This document shows positions 40,478 through 53,419 of a stretch of DNA of 64,000 nucleotides, piece after piece. The stretch is from Macrostomum lignano. Lineage: Eukaryota. The notes beneath the pieces were generated by a model, which was not told where the DNA came from, did no database searches, and saw only the letters and a list, made by a program, of their open reading frames with translations. Location: contig NIVC01002863.1 in NCBI GenBank assembly GCA_002269645.1, forward strand, positions 1 through 64,000, given 5' to 3'. A program made the translations under genes and the position numbers. The first letter of the stretch is position 1, and the number at the start of each line of letters is the position of its first letter.

Positions 40478-43400
40478 ATGACAGATCAAGAGATGAAGCG
40501 AACAAAGAAAAATAAACTATCGATTAAAATATCTACATATGATGCTGATGTGGAATTTGATGTTAAGGTAAGGCTTCTGATGCCAATGATGTATAGTATG
40601 CACTTAAAATTTAGGCCCTTTAACCCAATAATTTTTTTCCTAAAGAACAGTTTTAAATATACTCTTTTAAAGTTTGATTTTAGATTAGATTAGATTAAAT
40701 TTCAGTTATTATAGTTTGCAAATTTTTTTACAATGATAAATAAATTTTATATTCTAGGATAGAACCTTGCCATTAACTTTTAAATAAGGTTTTTTCTGGG
40801 ATAAATGCTCATTGAATCAATTTTTACTATATTTCCTTGTTGGTTTTCTAAAATCCTCGATATCTCAATTAGGATCTAATCATAATCAAATATAATCTCA
40901 TCATAATAGTAATAAGATATAATTTCTATTTTCTAGACACTATTTGTCTTTATATTAGCTTAATTTTTTACTATATTAATTTTATTTTTTTTATTGAAGA
41001 TAAATGCTTTCCTAGTTTATGTCATAGCATATTATATTTATAACATATTAAATTTAAATTTGGTAATTTGATTTAGGCTTAGATACCAAATTGGCACCTA
41101 GTCTTTTAAAGCTTGATCAGTGACAGATCTAGGATTTTTATAATAGGTTATAGTTTAGACTTACCTTTGAAAAAAATATGACCAATTTTTTAGTGTATGC
41201 CAATGTATACCAAATACATTACCTTATATACAAATCTATACAAGCTGTCAATTTTGAAAATTTGACTATTCAACTAGTGTTTTTAATATTTAATTTAAGT
41301 TAGACAAAGTTAATACTAAAATAATAATTCTATTTGTATAAAGTCCATTGTCCAGATTCCAGAAGGTGGCCTTTTCTAGCATATTTTTGCTCTTGCTGAC
41401 AATCTTGGCATACACTTGGCATATAGAATTTTCAGGTTCAACATGAAGTGTACACAGTTGGCATACTAAAAAATAGCCAAGTTCAAGGCTAATATAATTG
41501 TGCAGTTAAATATCAACCAATATCAAAATCTCTAAAAATAATCAGAAACTAAAATAGAAGATAATAATGCAATCACGAGAAAGTCAAAATTAAAACAAAA
41601 AATATCAGTTTTGAGCAAAAAACGGCTATTTTGAAGTTTAATAAAAGTTCTGAATTCCTAAAAATATATATTTTTAAAATGGTATATAAACAATTTAAAT
41701 CTTAACATAAATTTTTTTTAAATTTATGTTGGTGTAAAATTGAAAAAACATGAATTTTCATTCCAGCATAAACCTGCTATAATCTGGACTATAGTACAAA
41801 GTTTCATTTATTATCTGATAGGAAATCTGACAAGCTAAAAAAACAGTCAAAAGTTGTGGAAAAACGTAAAATAGTTCCTATCATAAAATTGAAATAGAGC
41901 CAGTGTGCAAACAAACGAGAAAAAACTGAAATATACATTGCAAACTAGACAAAAAGTGGAACACAATAGTTGTTAAACTATCTTAAAATATGCAACATAA
42001 GCCAAGTTATCTTAGATGGAAGTTTGGCTAGGCTTACTTTTTGGTAGAAAACCAAAGTGAGGATGCAACTTAAAAAAACCAATGTTTTGGAAAACTGAAA
42101 TTTAGAGTAAATTAAGCCCATTTAAACACAAATAAAGACCAGATATGAGTAGAGTAGCAAATAAAGTGTGTTCTAGGACAAAACAGCAGCAAAATTTTTT
42201 TTCTTAACATCCGTTTTTGGCTAGTGGAAATTTTGTTTTCTTTTTTAAAAACCCTTCTAACAATAGCAAGGATTCAATGTGTTTGGTTTTAAACAGGGTC
42301 TTGTGGAGTGTATCGATTGCAATTAACACATCCAAAAAATGTGTTCCTGCAGAGCAGTTTCTGTTTTCCGTTTTTGTAATACATGTAAATGTCCATAAGC
42401 AATTAAAAAAATAGCATTTTTCATTATGGAAAAAAGCAACAAAGTTTTAAGAAATCTGTCTCTAGCATAGAATTCATATCTAAATATAATGCAATAATCA
42501 GTTTGTGTGTAAAGTGTCTTGTATGGGTGTTTTTTTGCATTTGAAGTTTTTTTAAGCTACTGACAGTAGAAAAATGAGCATTTTTTACTATTTTTTGCAG
42601 GAGAGCAAACTTTTGTTTATTTTTTTTACTTTCTTCTTTTTTCTTCTGTTTTATTATCCAAAATGGCATGCAAACAAGAGGAAACAATGATCTCATTGCT
42701 AGATCTTCCTACAACCCCAATAATGGTACTGATGGTTTGGATAAATGGCAGGAGTAAATACCTCGTCATCTAATTAGTAATTTAGAGTACTATTTAGATG
42801 GGAATTTTTGCAACTTTCCAAACAGCTAGATAGGCTTGGTGTTGCACCTGGATGATCTATAGAAGGATAAAAATGGAATAATTGTGGCCTGAGGATTAAA
42901 ATTCCATTTATGGCACCTCATTATTTTGAGAATAGAAGAAAAAATATCAATTGCATGGACAACTATTGTTACCATTATTGATGATGGATTTTTTTAATTT
43001 TCAGTGCATGTTGCACACCAAAATTTTAAAATTATACACCAAAAGCCCAAAATTACTTAAATTTGTACACATCTGTGAGATTGGCTTGTTTAATGTCTTA
43101 AGTTTGCATGATGAATTTGCATTACTTATGTACAAACATTAGTATTGTCAGTGGTATTTATTGCACTTATATTTTACATGCCTTTACTTTCTCGCCTAAC
43201 CTGCAGCCCAAGTGCACTGGTCAGGATGTCTTCAACCTCGCCTGTGTCACCTTTGGCATCCGCGAGACCTGGTACTTTGGTCTGCAGTTCAGTGAGCCGG
43301 GCTTGGACAGTGGCAGCGGCTCCTGGTGGCTTCGGCCAGACAGGCGACTGTCCGAAGTTGTCCGAAGCTTGCCGGCCAGCTGCCCGCTGCACTTTTTCTT

Positions 43401-46400
43401 TCACGTTCGCTTCTGGGTGGAGGACGTCGGCGAGGACCTGTTGCTGGAGGCCACTGTGCACCTCTTCTACCTGGAGGTGTGCAGAAAGGAATTTGGGATC
43501 AGAGTGGGATAGGATTGATGGGGATCAGAGTGGGATAGAGCTGAATGGGGATCAGAGTGGGATAGAGCTGAATGGGGATCAGAGTGGGATAGAGCTGAAT
43601 GGGGATCAGAGTGGGATAGGATTAATAGGGATCAGAGTGGGATAGAATTGATGGGGATCAGAGTGAGATAGGATTGATGGGGATCAGAGTGGGATAGGAT
43701 TGGTGGGATCAGAGTGGGATAGGATTGATGGGATCAGAGTGGGATAGGATTGATGGGGATCAGAGTGGGATAGGATTGATGGGGATCAGAGTGGGATAGG
43801 ATTGATGGGGATCAGAGTGAGAAAGGATTGATGGGGATCAGAGTGGGATAGGATTGGTGGGATCAGAGTGGGATAGGATTGATGGGATCAGAGTGGGATA
43901 GGATTGATGGGGATCAGAGTGGGATAGGATTGATGGGGATCAGAGTGGAATAGGATTGATGGGGATCAGAGTGAGAAAGGATTGATGGGGATCAGAGTGG
44001 GATAGGATTGGTGGGATCAGAGTGGGATAGGATTGATGGGATCAGAGTGGGATAGGATTGATGGGGATCAGAGTGGGATGGTGCTATGACAGTAGCAGCA
44101 TCAGCATTTTACCTGTAAAATGGATTTTAAGCAACGCAGTTTCACATGCAATCCGCAGGTAAAGGACCTGGTGCTCACCCGGCAGCAGTGGGCAGCCTCC
44201 CCGGACCTCCTACCGTTGCTGGCCGCCTACGCAGCTCAGGCGGAGCTCGGCGACTTCGACCCGGCCGTCGGCTGCGACCACCTGCTGGGCCGCCTGCTGC
44301 CCGCCCAGGCCCAGCAGCCGGAGACCGCGGCCGCCTGCGCAGAGAAGCTGCGGGATCACTACAGAGATCTGGCCGGTCTGGGCCGCGTTGAAGCCCAGAT
44401 TGAGATGCTGCGGCTGTCACAGGACCTGGAGATGTTCGGCTTGGTGTACTTCCCCATCTACGCCAATGTGAGTCTTTGTTCTGCTTTTCTTGTTTTTGAA
44501 GTCTTTGTTCTGCTTTTCTTGTTTTTGAAGTCTTTGTTCTGCTTTTCTTGTTTTTGAAGTCTTTGTTCTGCTTTTCTTGTTTTTGAAGTCTTTGTTCTGC
44601 TTTTCTTGTTTTTGAAGTCTTTGTTCTGCTTTTCTTGTTTTTGAAGTCTTTGTTCTGCTTTTCTTGTTTTTGAAGTCTTTGTTCTGCTTTTCTTGTTTTT
44701 GAAGTCTTTGTTCTGCTTTTCTTGTTTCAGGGCCTTTGTTCTGTTTTTCTCACTCCCGAGTCTTTGTTCTGATTTTCTTGTTTCCGAGTCTTTGTTCTGC
44801 CAATATTGAAGGTCTTGGTCTAGTTTGATCGCTCCCCCACCGGCCGCACCCGCAGGGCCCAGACTCCGACCCGCCCAGCTGGCTCGGCATCTCCTGCTTC
44901 GGCGTGAGCTTCTACGAGCAGGCGTCGCTAGTGAAGCCGCACCGCAGGCTGGCCTGGTCGGACATCCGGCGCATGTCCTGCCGAGACCGGAAGTTCACCC
45001 TGGTCACCAATGAGGCGCCGTCGGCTTCCTCGGCTGGCTCGGACGAGCCACCGACCTGCTTCGGCGGCGAGCACCGCGGCGGGCGCGCGGTCAGCTTCTG
45101 GACTGGCAGCCCAGCCGACAGCAAGCAGATCCTGCGCCTGTGCGTCGGCAACCACGAGCTGTACATGACCCGGCGGATGCCCGACACCATCGAGAGGCAG
45201 CAGATGCGCGCCACGGCCAGGGAGGAGCGCGCCAGGCGGCTGCTGGACAAGCAGCGGCTGGCCAAGGAGGTCGAAGGCCGGGCAGCCGCCGAGAGGCTTC
45301 GCGGCGCCGCTGAGGAGAAGGCGGGACAGCTCGGCCAGCAGCTGGCCAAGTCCGAGGCCATGCTGGGCCTGCTGAGTGAGAGGGCGCGCCTGGCCGAGGA
45401 CGAGATGAAAATGCTTAGCGAGCAGCGGGACAGACAGCTCGCGCACATGCGGCATATTCATGCTCAGGTGCGCCAATTTGCTCACTGTCTACCCTGCCAA
45501 TCTCACTGTCTACCCTGCCAATCTCACTGTCTACCCTGCCAATCTCACTGTCTACCCTGCCAATCTCACTGTCTACCCTGCCAATCTCACTGTCTACCCT
45601 GCCAATCTCACTGTCTGCGCTGCCAATCTCACTGTCTACCCTGCCAATCTCACTGTCTACCCTGCCAATCTCACTGTCTACCCTGCCAATCTCACTGTCT
45701 ACCCTGCCAATCTCACTGTCTGCGCTGCCAATCTCACTGTCTACCCTGCCAATCTCACTGTCTACCCTGCCAATCTCACTGTCTACCCTGCCAATCTCAC
45801 TGTCTACCCTGCCAATCTCACTGTCTGCGCTGCCAATCTCACTGTCTACCCTGCCAATCTCACTGTCTACCCTGCCAATCTCACTGTCTACCCTGCCAAT
45901 CTCACTGTCTACCTTACCAATCACCCCAGCTGCTAGCAGAGAAGCAGAGCCTGGCGGAGCGCGCCAGCCAGTTCGAGTCGCTGCTGCTGACGCTCTCGGA
46001 GGAGGCAAGCGTCACCGAGGCGGAGCGGGACTGCCTGCGGCAGCAGCTGGCCTACGCCAGGCAGGGCGAGAAGTCGCTGCTGGCCAAGCTGGAGAGCCTC
46101 CTGCGCTCTGTGGGCGTCTGGAGCTCTGCTGGCGCCAGCGACTCCAGCGCTGAGCTGCAGGGCTTCGGCGCGCTGGCCGCTGACGCTGAGACGGAGGAGA
46201 CCTCCGGGCTGAGCACCGCTGAGCTGCTGGCCCGCCTGCAGGCCGAGCGCCAGCTGTTCAGCGACGGCAGCGCCGCCTTCGAGGCCGACCTGCGCCAGCT
46301 GCGGAGTCGCGTGCAGGCCGCGCGCCTCGGGGGCGCCGACCCCGGCCGGCTGCGTGGCGCTGCCGCTGCCGCTCCCTCCTCTGCCGCCCCCTCTGCCTCT

Positions 46401-47351
46401 GCCGATCCCTGCGTGGTGACGCACTCGACTGCCGTGTCCTGTCCGGTGAGTCTTCGGGGGTCTGCGGTTCTTCAGCCATTTTCTGTGGCGTGGTTTCTGA
46501 TTTCAGAGGGGCGGATTCTGGCTTGAGAAGAGAGACGTTCTCTCATCTTGGTTGGGGCGGATTCTGGCTTCGGGAGGGGCGGATTCTGGCTTCGGGAGGG
46601 GCGGATTCTGATTTCGATAAGGGCGGATTCTTGCTTGAGAAGAGAAACGTTCTCTCTTCTCGGTTGGGGCAGATTCTGGCTTCTGGAGGGGCGGATTCTG
46701 GCTTCTGGAAGGGCGGATTCTGGCTTCGGGAGGGGCGGATTCTGGCTTCGGGAGGGGCGGATTCTGATTTCGATAAGGGCGGATTCTGGCTTGAGAAGAG
46801 AGACGTTTTCTCATCCCGGTTGGGGCGGATTCTGGCTTCGGGAGGGGCGGATTCTGGCTTCTGGAGGAGTGGATCCTGGCTTCGGGAGGGGCGGATTCTG
46901 GCTTCGGGAGGGGCGGATTCTGATTTCGATAAGGGCGGATTCTGGCTTGAGAAGAGAGACGTTTTCTCATCCCGGTTGGGGCGGATTCTGGCTTCGGGAG
47001 GGGCGGATTCTGGCTTCTGGAGGAGTGGATCCTGGCTTCGGGAGGGGCGGATTCTGGCTTCGGGAGGGGCGGATTCTGGCTTCGGGAGGGGCGGATTCTG
47101 GCTTCGGGAGGGGCGGATTCTGGCTTCGGGAGGGGCGGATTCCGGTTTCGTGGGGCTGCGGATTCTGCTTTTGGTGGGGGGGGGGGGACGGATTTTGGTT
47201 TGAGTAGGGGCGGATTTGCAGATTCTGCCATCCCTGGTTGAGCTTCAATGTCACTGCAATCTTTAATCCACAGCACTCGTCTCCCGGCATCAGAGCCGGT
47301 CGCCTTAGCAACGGATCGCGAGCGGCCGTGACCTACTTTGACGAGCTGTGA
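40478..47351 (+). CDS. Divergent merlin/ERM-family FERM protein, ~624 aa
   Basis: Exons 40478..40567, 43207..43476, 44159..44467, 44856..45467, 45930..46445 and 47274..47351 (1875 nt, all phase 0). Segments STYDADVEF, GIRETWYFGLQ, QDLEMFG, YMTRRMPDTIERQQMR and a coiled coil. The C-terminus AAVTYFDEL resembles merlin VAFFEEL. Confidence 0.85.
43495..44080. repeat. 26-27 bp minisatellite (GATCAGAGTGGGATAGGATTGATGGGG)
   Basis: Lies in FERM gene intron 2, ~22 copies. Confidence 0.95.
44472..44800. repeat. 29-bp T-rich minisatellite (GTCTTTGTTCTGCTTTTCTTGTTTTTGAA)
   Basis: Lies in FERM gene intron 3 and begins 4 nt into the intron. Confidence 0.95.
45480..45922. repeat. 21-bp minisatellite (CTGCCAATCTCACTGTCTACC), ~21 copies
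   Basis: Lies in FERM gene intron 4 and explains the CLPCQSH ORF segment. Confidence 0.95.
46505..47150. repeat. 22-bp minisatellite (GGGGCGGATTCTGGCTTCGGGA) with higher-order ~150-bp blocks
   Basis: Lies in FERM gene intron 5. Confidence 0.92.
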
Positions 47352-47932
47352 AGGCGGGGACTTCTTCAATTAGAAAATGAAAATTTGCTGCAATCGCACA
47401 TTGAGTTTTCAGAGCGCTTTTTTAGATAGGGAATGTCTTTCGCTTGCTGTGAGCCTGTTCTCATGCAAACTAGAGATCAAGATCAATCGCGCTAATTTTA
47501 AGCCTCATCAAAATCAATGAAATAATTTTCTCACAGTTTTTACAGCTGCTGGCACTGCAAGTAGTCTGCCATGGGAGCCGTTTACATCATTGTCGTCTTT
47601 ATTTTTTGTAGATCGCTTGGATACTTTTCTTTGATTTTTTTGAAGCCTTTGTTTGCTGCTTTTTGTTGTTGTTGAATTCTCATTGACTGTCTTGCTTCTG
47701 ATTGCTTCGCAGCTTTTCCTGTTGCAGTCTTCCGCATGCGGCTCAGCCTCTGCCCCCCCCCCCCCCTGGTCCCTGAACTTCCAAAGCTTCAGTTTTTGTT
47801 TTGTTGGTTTGTACTTTTTCGAATGCAGTATTACAGAGTGCAAATATACACCTCCTGATTGCTGCTTCTGGCTGAATTCTGTGCGCTGCCTTCTCTGGGC
47901 TTTCTTTTCCATTGTATAGTTAACAGTCCTTG

Positions 47933-48483
47933 GCCAATATCCAGCAGTCCACAGCCAATATCCAGCAGTCCACACAGCCAATATCCAGCAGTCCATGGCC
48001 AATATCCAGCAGTCCATAGCCAATATCCAGCAGTCCATAGCCAATATCCAGCAGTCCATAGCCACTACCCAGCAGTCCATAGCCAATATCTAGCAGTCCA
48101 TAGCCAATATCCAGCAGTCCATAGCCAATATCTAGCAGTCCATAGCCAATATCCAGCAGTCCATAGCCAATATCCAGCAGTCCATATCCAGCAGTCCATA
48201 TCCAGCAGTCCATATCCAGCAGTCCATATCCAGCAGTCCATATCCAGCAGTCCATATCCAGCAGTCCATAGCCAATATCCAGCAGTCCATATCCAGCAGT
48301 CCATATCCAGCAGTCCATATCCAGCAGTCCATATCCAGCAGTCCATATCCAGCAGTCCATAGCCAATATCCAGCAGTCCATATCCAGCAGTCCATATCCA
48401 GCAGTCCATAGCCAATATCCAGCAGTCCATAGCCACTATCCAGCAGTCCATAGCCAATATCCAGCAGTCCATATCCAGCAGTC
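47933..48483. repeat. 14/21-bp composite minisatellite (ATATCCAGCAGTCC +/- ATAGCCA)
   Basis: Lies directly upstream of DPY19L exon 1 and ends 24 nt before the ATG. Confidence 0.95.
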
Positions 48484-48507
48484 CTCGGCCTCATCTCACC
48501 GCTGCAC

Positions 48508-51500
48508 ATGGGCAAGTTCAGCAAGGCCAAGCGGCAGCGCTCCCTCTCCGGCGGGGCTTCGTCAGCGCTGGAGGCTCCCGGCGGACCGCCTAGCGGCGAC
48601 TTGTCGGCTGCCGGCGACAGCGAAGGAGGCCTCCCCGGCTGGCTCGGCTGCCTAGCAACCGTGCTGGAGTGGACGGCCGGCATCGGCCTGATGCTCGGCT
48701 GCGCCTGGGGCTTCGCCTGGCTGACCAACGAGATTCACGAGTCCACGCTGTACTTCTCCAACATCAAGGAGGTGGAGCGGGAGATCTCGCTGCGCACTGA
48801 GCAGGGGCTGTACTACTCCTACTACAAGCAGCTGGTGCGGGCGCCCAGCCTCCGGCAGGGCCTCTTCGAGCTGGTCAGGGACAACTCCACTGAGCACCCG
48901 GACACCATCAACGTGCTGAGCAGGATGAACATCTACCAGGAGGTGCTGCTCGCGCTGCTGTACCGGTACACCTGGTTCGGGGTGAGTGCGAAAATCTTGC
49001 ACTGTTAAGTTCTTTTCTCTACATATCGGCAGCGCTCGCCTATCTCGCCAACCTTGTAGACATATTTGCAGCCAATCTACTTCTACATCTACTCGGTGCT
49101 CTTCCTCAACGGCCTGCTCATCTGCGGCCTGTTTGCCACCTCCTGGCAGCTCACCGGCACCCCGCTGGCCGGCTGTCTGGCCGCTGTCATGTACACTCTC
49201 AACAGGTAGGCGCTGGGGCTGCGGCTGGCCGCTGTCATGTACACTCTCAACAGGTAGGCGCTGGGGCTGCGGCTTGGGCCTGCACAGTACCAAATTCCTT
49301 GCACACCCCTGAACCTGCCTCCCCCAACCACTTCTGAACCTGCCTCCCCCACCCACCCTGATCCTGCCTCCCCAACCACTTCTGAACCTGCCTCCCCCAC
49401 CCACCCTGATCTTGCCTCCCCCAACCACTTCTGAACCTGCCTCCCCCAACCACTTCTGAACCTGCCTCCCCCACCCACCCTGATCCTGCCTCCCCCAACC
49501 ACTTCTGAACCTGCCTCCTCCACCCACCCTGATCTTGCCTCCCCCAACCACTTCTGAACCTGCCTCCCCCACCCACCCTGATCCTGCCTCCCCCAACCAC
49601 TTCTGAACCTGCCTCCCCCAACCACTCCTGAACCTGCCTGCCCACCCACCCTGATCCTGCTTCCCCCAACCACTTCTGAACCTGCCTCCCCCAACCACTC
49701 CTGAACCTGCCTCCCCCACCCACCCTGATCCTGCCTCCCCCAGATTCAGAGGTCTCAGAGTATTCAGAGATTTGTAAATCATTCTACTGATAACCCCAAT
49801 ATAGTCAGTAGTCTATGTGGCTTAAACTATTTTTTTTAAATTGACCTTTACTACTGACAACGTGCACCCCGTTAGTAGCGCATTTGGACATGAAAATTAT
49901 GTTCCGCAGCATGCACACGACTCGGCTAAGCTCAACTCACGCCCTGCGCGAGCACTTCTCACTGCCATTCCTGTGGCTGCAGCTGTTCTGCCTCTCTGTC
50001 TATTTCTCCCGGGCCAGCGTTCGCGGCTCTGCACGAGAGGTGGGACAAATGTTGTGAGATTAGTGCGATTGATTGATTGATTGATTCTAATTCGCACGGA
50101 CTAATCCCATTCACGCGCGCATCCGGTCTTCAGAGAGTCTCACTGCTTGGCGCGCAGATCTGCTGCTTTCTGTTCACGCTGTTCTGGCAATTCAACCAGT
50201 TCGTACTGCTGCTACAGTCGCTGTCTGTGCTGACCGCCTCCGCCATTGGATTTGTGCAGTTCAGAAAGGTGCCTAATTTCATTTTGCCTACTTATAGTAG
50301 GCGATATAGCGAATTTCTTTTTTTTTCACGCAGTTGATTATTTTAGCAAAATATGCTTTACTTTCTACTGGCAGTAGGTGAGGGGCATGTATCTTACTTT
50401 TATTAAAGAAAAAAATTTTCTGTTTTGTTTTTTTCAGGCCTTTGCCTTCCTACTAACAGTTGCTGGCAGCCTTCTGCTGGTGTCCCTGCTGCAGTTCGGC
50501 AACCCCATGCTGCTGACGGCGCCCGCGCTCTCAGTCTGCCTGTCTGGCGCGCTGTCTGTCGCCGTTAGCCGGCGCTGGCTGCTGCCCGGCTTTGGCTCGG
50601 CCGGCCGTCTCGCCCGGCTAAGCCGCGTCGCCTGCCAGGCCTGGGTCTGCCTGCTGGCCTTCGCCGTCTGCCAGACTGTGCTTAAGGTCAGCCGATATGT
50701 TATGTAAATGACTATTTAGCATAGTAGCTTGACGCCATAGCTGATATATTGCGTAAACTACTAACTACTATTTAGCATAGTAGCTTGACTCCACAGCCGA
50801 TATGTTGTGTAAATTACTATTTAGCATAGTAGCTTGACTCCACAGCCGATATGTTGTGTAAATTACTATTTAGCATAGTAGCTTGACTCCACAGCCGATA
50901 TGTTGTGTAAATTACTATTTATCATATTAGCTTGACTCCACAGCCGATATGTTGTGTAAATTACTATTTATCATATTAGCTTGACTCCACAGCCGATATG
51001 TTGTGTAAATTACTATTTTGCATAGTAGCCTATATGTATAGGGGAATTCTTCTCCATTGCAGCTGGTGATTCGCCACGATGCCGATAGCCACATCTACAA
51101 GTTCGTTATGATGAAGCTGGGTTACGGCTACGATGAGTGAGCTGGTTCATTTATTTTGTTTTACATTTCTCAGGAGTTTACTCAATTTCGAATTGCCATG
51201 TCCTGACTACGCTACTTGCAGCGACTTTGACGTTCGCATGTACAACTGCGCTGGCGCATTCGTCTGGCTGCCTTGGTCCACCTTTACTGACCTGGCCGCC
51301 ACCTACCTGCTGCAGCCCTACCTGATCGTTCACGCCGCTCTCTTCCTGCTCACTCTGGCCGGCTTCCTCCACTCCCTGCTTCGCCCGCCCGACGCCGCCT
51401 CCGACGCTGACGAGGCCAACGGCGTGGCTGCCAGCGGGGACAGCGCACCCGACAGCGGCGGCAAGTTTGAGCGCCCCAGCGCCTGGCGCGAGGCTCTGGA

Positions 51501-53093
51501 CGGCTTTGCACGGCATCCGGAGCTGGCCTACCATGCTGGTGAGGGGTGGGGTGGGATGGGATGTGGTGGGATGGGATGGACTGGAGTGAAATGGATGGGG
51601 TGAGATCAGAAGGAATGAGATGGGATTGGTGGTGGGTGGGATGGGATTGAATAGAGTGAAATGGGATGGGATGAGATGGAATGGGTGGAATAGGATAGGG
51701 TGAGATGAGATGGGATGGAATTTGATGGGGTAGGATTATATGGGGTCAGATGGGATGGGATGGAATTTGATGGGGTAGGATTATATGGGGTGAGATGGGA
51801 TGGGTTGGAATTTGATGGGGTAGAATTATATGGGGTGAGATGGGATGGGATGGAATTTGATGGGGTAGGATTATATGGGGTGAGATGGGATGGGATGGAA
51901 TTTGATGGGGTAGGATTATATGGGGTGAGATGGGATGGGATGGAATTTGATGGGGTAGGATTATATGGGTGAGATGGGATGGGATGGAATTTGATGGGGT
52001 AGGATTATATGGGGTGAGACGAGATGGGATGGAATTTGATGGGGTAGGATTATATGGGGTGAGATGGGATGGGATGGAATTTGATGGGGTAGGATTATAT
52101 GGGGTGAGATAGGATGGGTTGGAATTTGATGGGGTACGATTATATGGGGTGAGATGGGATGGGATGGAATTTGATGGGGTAGGATTATATGGGGTGAGAT
52201 AGGATGGAATGGAATTTGATGGGGTAGGATTATATGGGGTGAGACGAGATGGGATGGAATTTGATGGGGTAGGATTATATGGGGTGAGATGGGATGGGAT
52301 GGAATTTGATGGGGTAGGATTATATGGGGTGAGACGAGATGGGATGGAATTTGATGGGGTAGGATTATATGGGGTCAGATGGGATGGGATGGAATTTGAT
52401 GGGGTAGGATTATATGGGGTGAGATGGGATGGGATGGCCGGGATTGGATAGGACTGGCTGCACTTGGGAGAAAATGTAATTGAGTTTTCTAAAGCATTTT
52501 ATGTTAGGCGTCTCTCCCACTGCTTCATTTTCCTCATCCACGCAGTCCAGTGCACGGTGTTCGCCATTCTGGGCTACACAACTCTGCGCATGAAGTACTT
52601 CTGGACTCCCTACATGTGCGTCCTGATGCCCCTGGCGCTGGGCCACCGCCGCTGCTGGGATTGGCTGCTGCTGCGGCTGCTCGGACCGCGGCTCCGGCAT
52701 GCCGGCTTCGCCTGGTCACAGATTCTCACCCTGGCACTGCTGGTGTCCTCTGCCCGGACTGTAAATGGCTGCCTGCCTGTCTGTCTGTCTGCCTGTCTGT
52801 CTGCCTGCCTGCCTGTCTGTCTGTGTTTGTCTGTCTGTCTGTCTGCCTGTCTGTCTGCCTGTCTGTCTGCCTGCCTGCCTGTCTGCCTGCCTGCCTGCCT
52901 GTCTGTCTGTCTGTCTGTCTTACTGTCTGTCTGTCTGTCTGTCTGTCTGCCTGCCTGCCTGCCTGTCTGCCTGTCTGTCTGTCTTTCTGTCTGTCTGCCT
53001 GTCTGTCTGTCTTCTGTCTGTCTGTCTGTCTGTCTGCCTGCCTGCCTGTCTGTCTGTCTGTCTGCCTGTCTGCCTGTCTGTCTGTCTGTCTGT

Positions 53094-53126
<33 letters not shown>

Positions 53127-53162
53127 TGTCTGTCTGTCTGCCTGTCTGTCTGTCTGCCTGCC

Positions 53163-53256
<94 letters not shown>

Positions 53257-53374
53257 CCTGTCTGTCTGCCTGCCTGTCTGTCTGTCTGTCTGTCTGTCTG
53301 CCTGTCTGTCTGTCTGTCTGTCTGCCTGTCTGTCTGTCTGTCTGTCTGTCTGTCTGCCTGTCTGTCTGCCTGCC

Positions 53375-53419
<45 letters not shown>

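Noticed and set aside
44904-46526. Cys/His-rich (CLPCQSH)n metal-binding domain in the FERM protein
   Set aside because: It lies between a GT donor (45468) and a CAG acceptor (45929). It is an intronic 21-bp repeat that happens to be in frame, though retention was not excluded.
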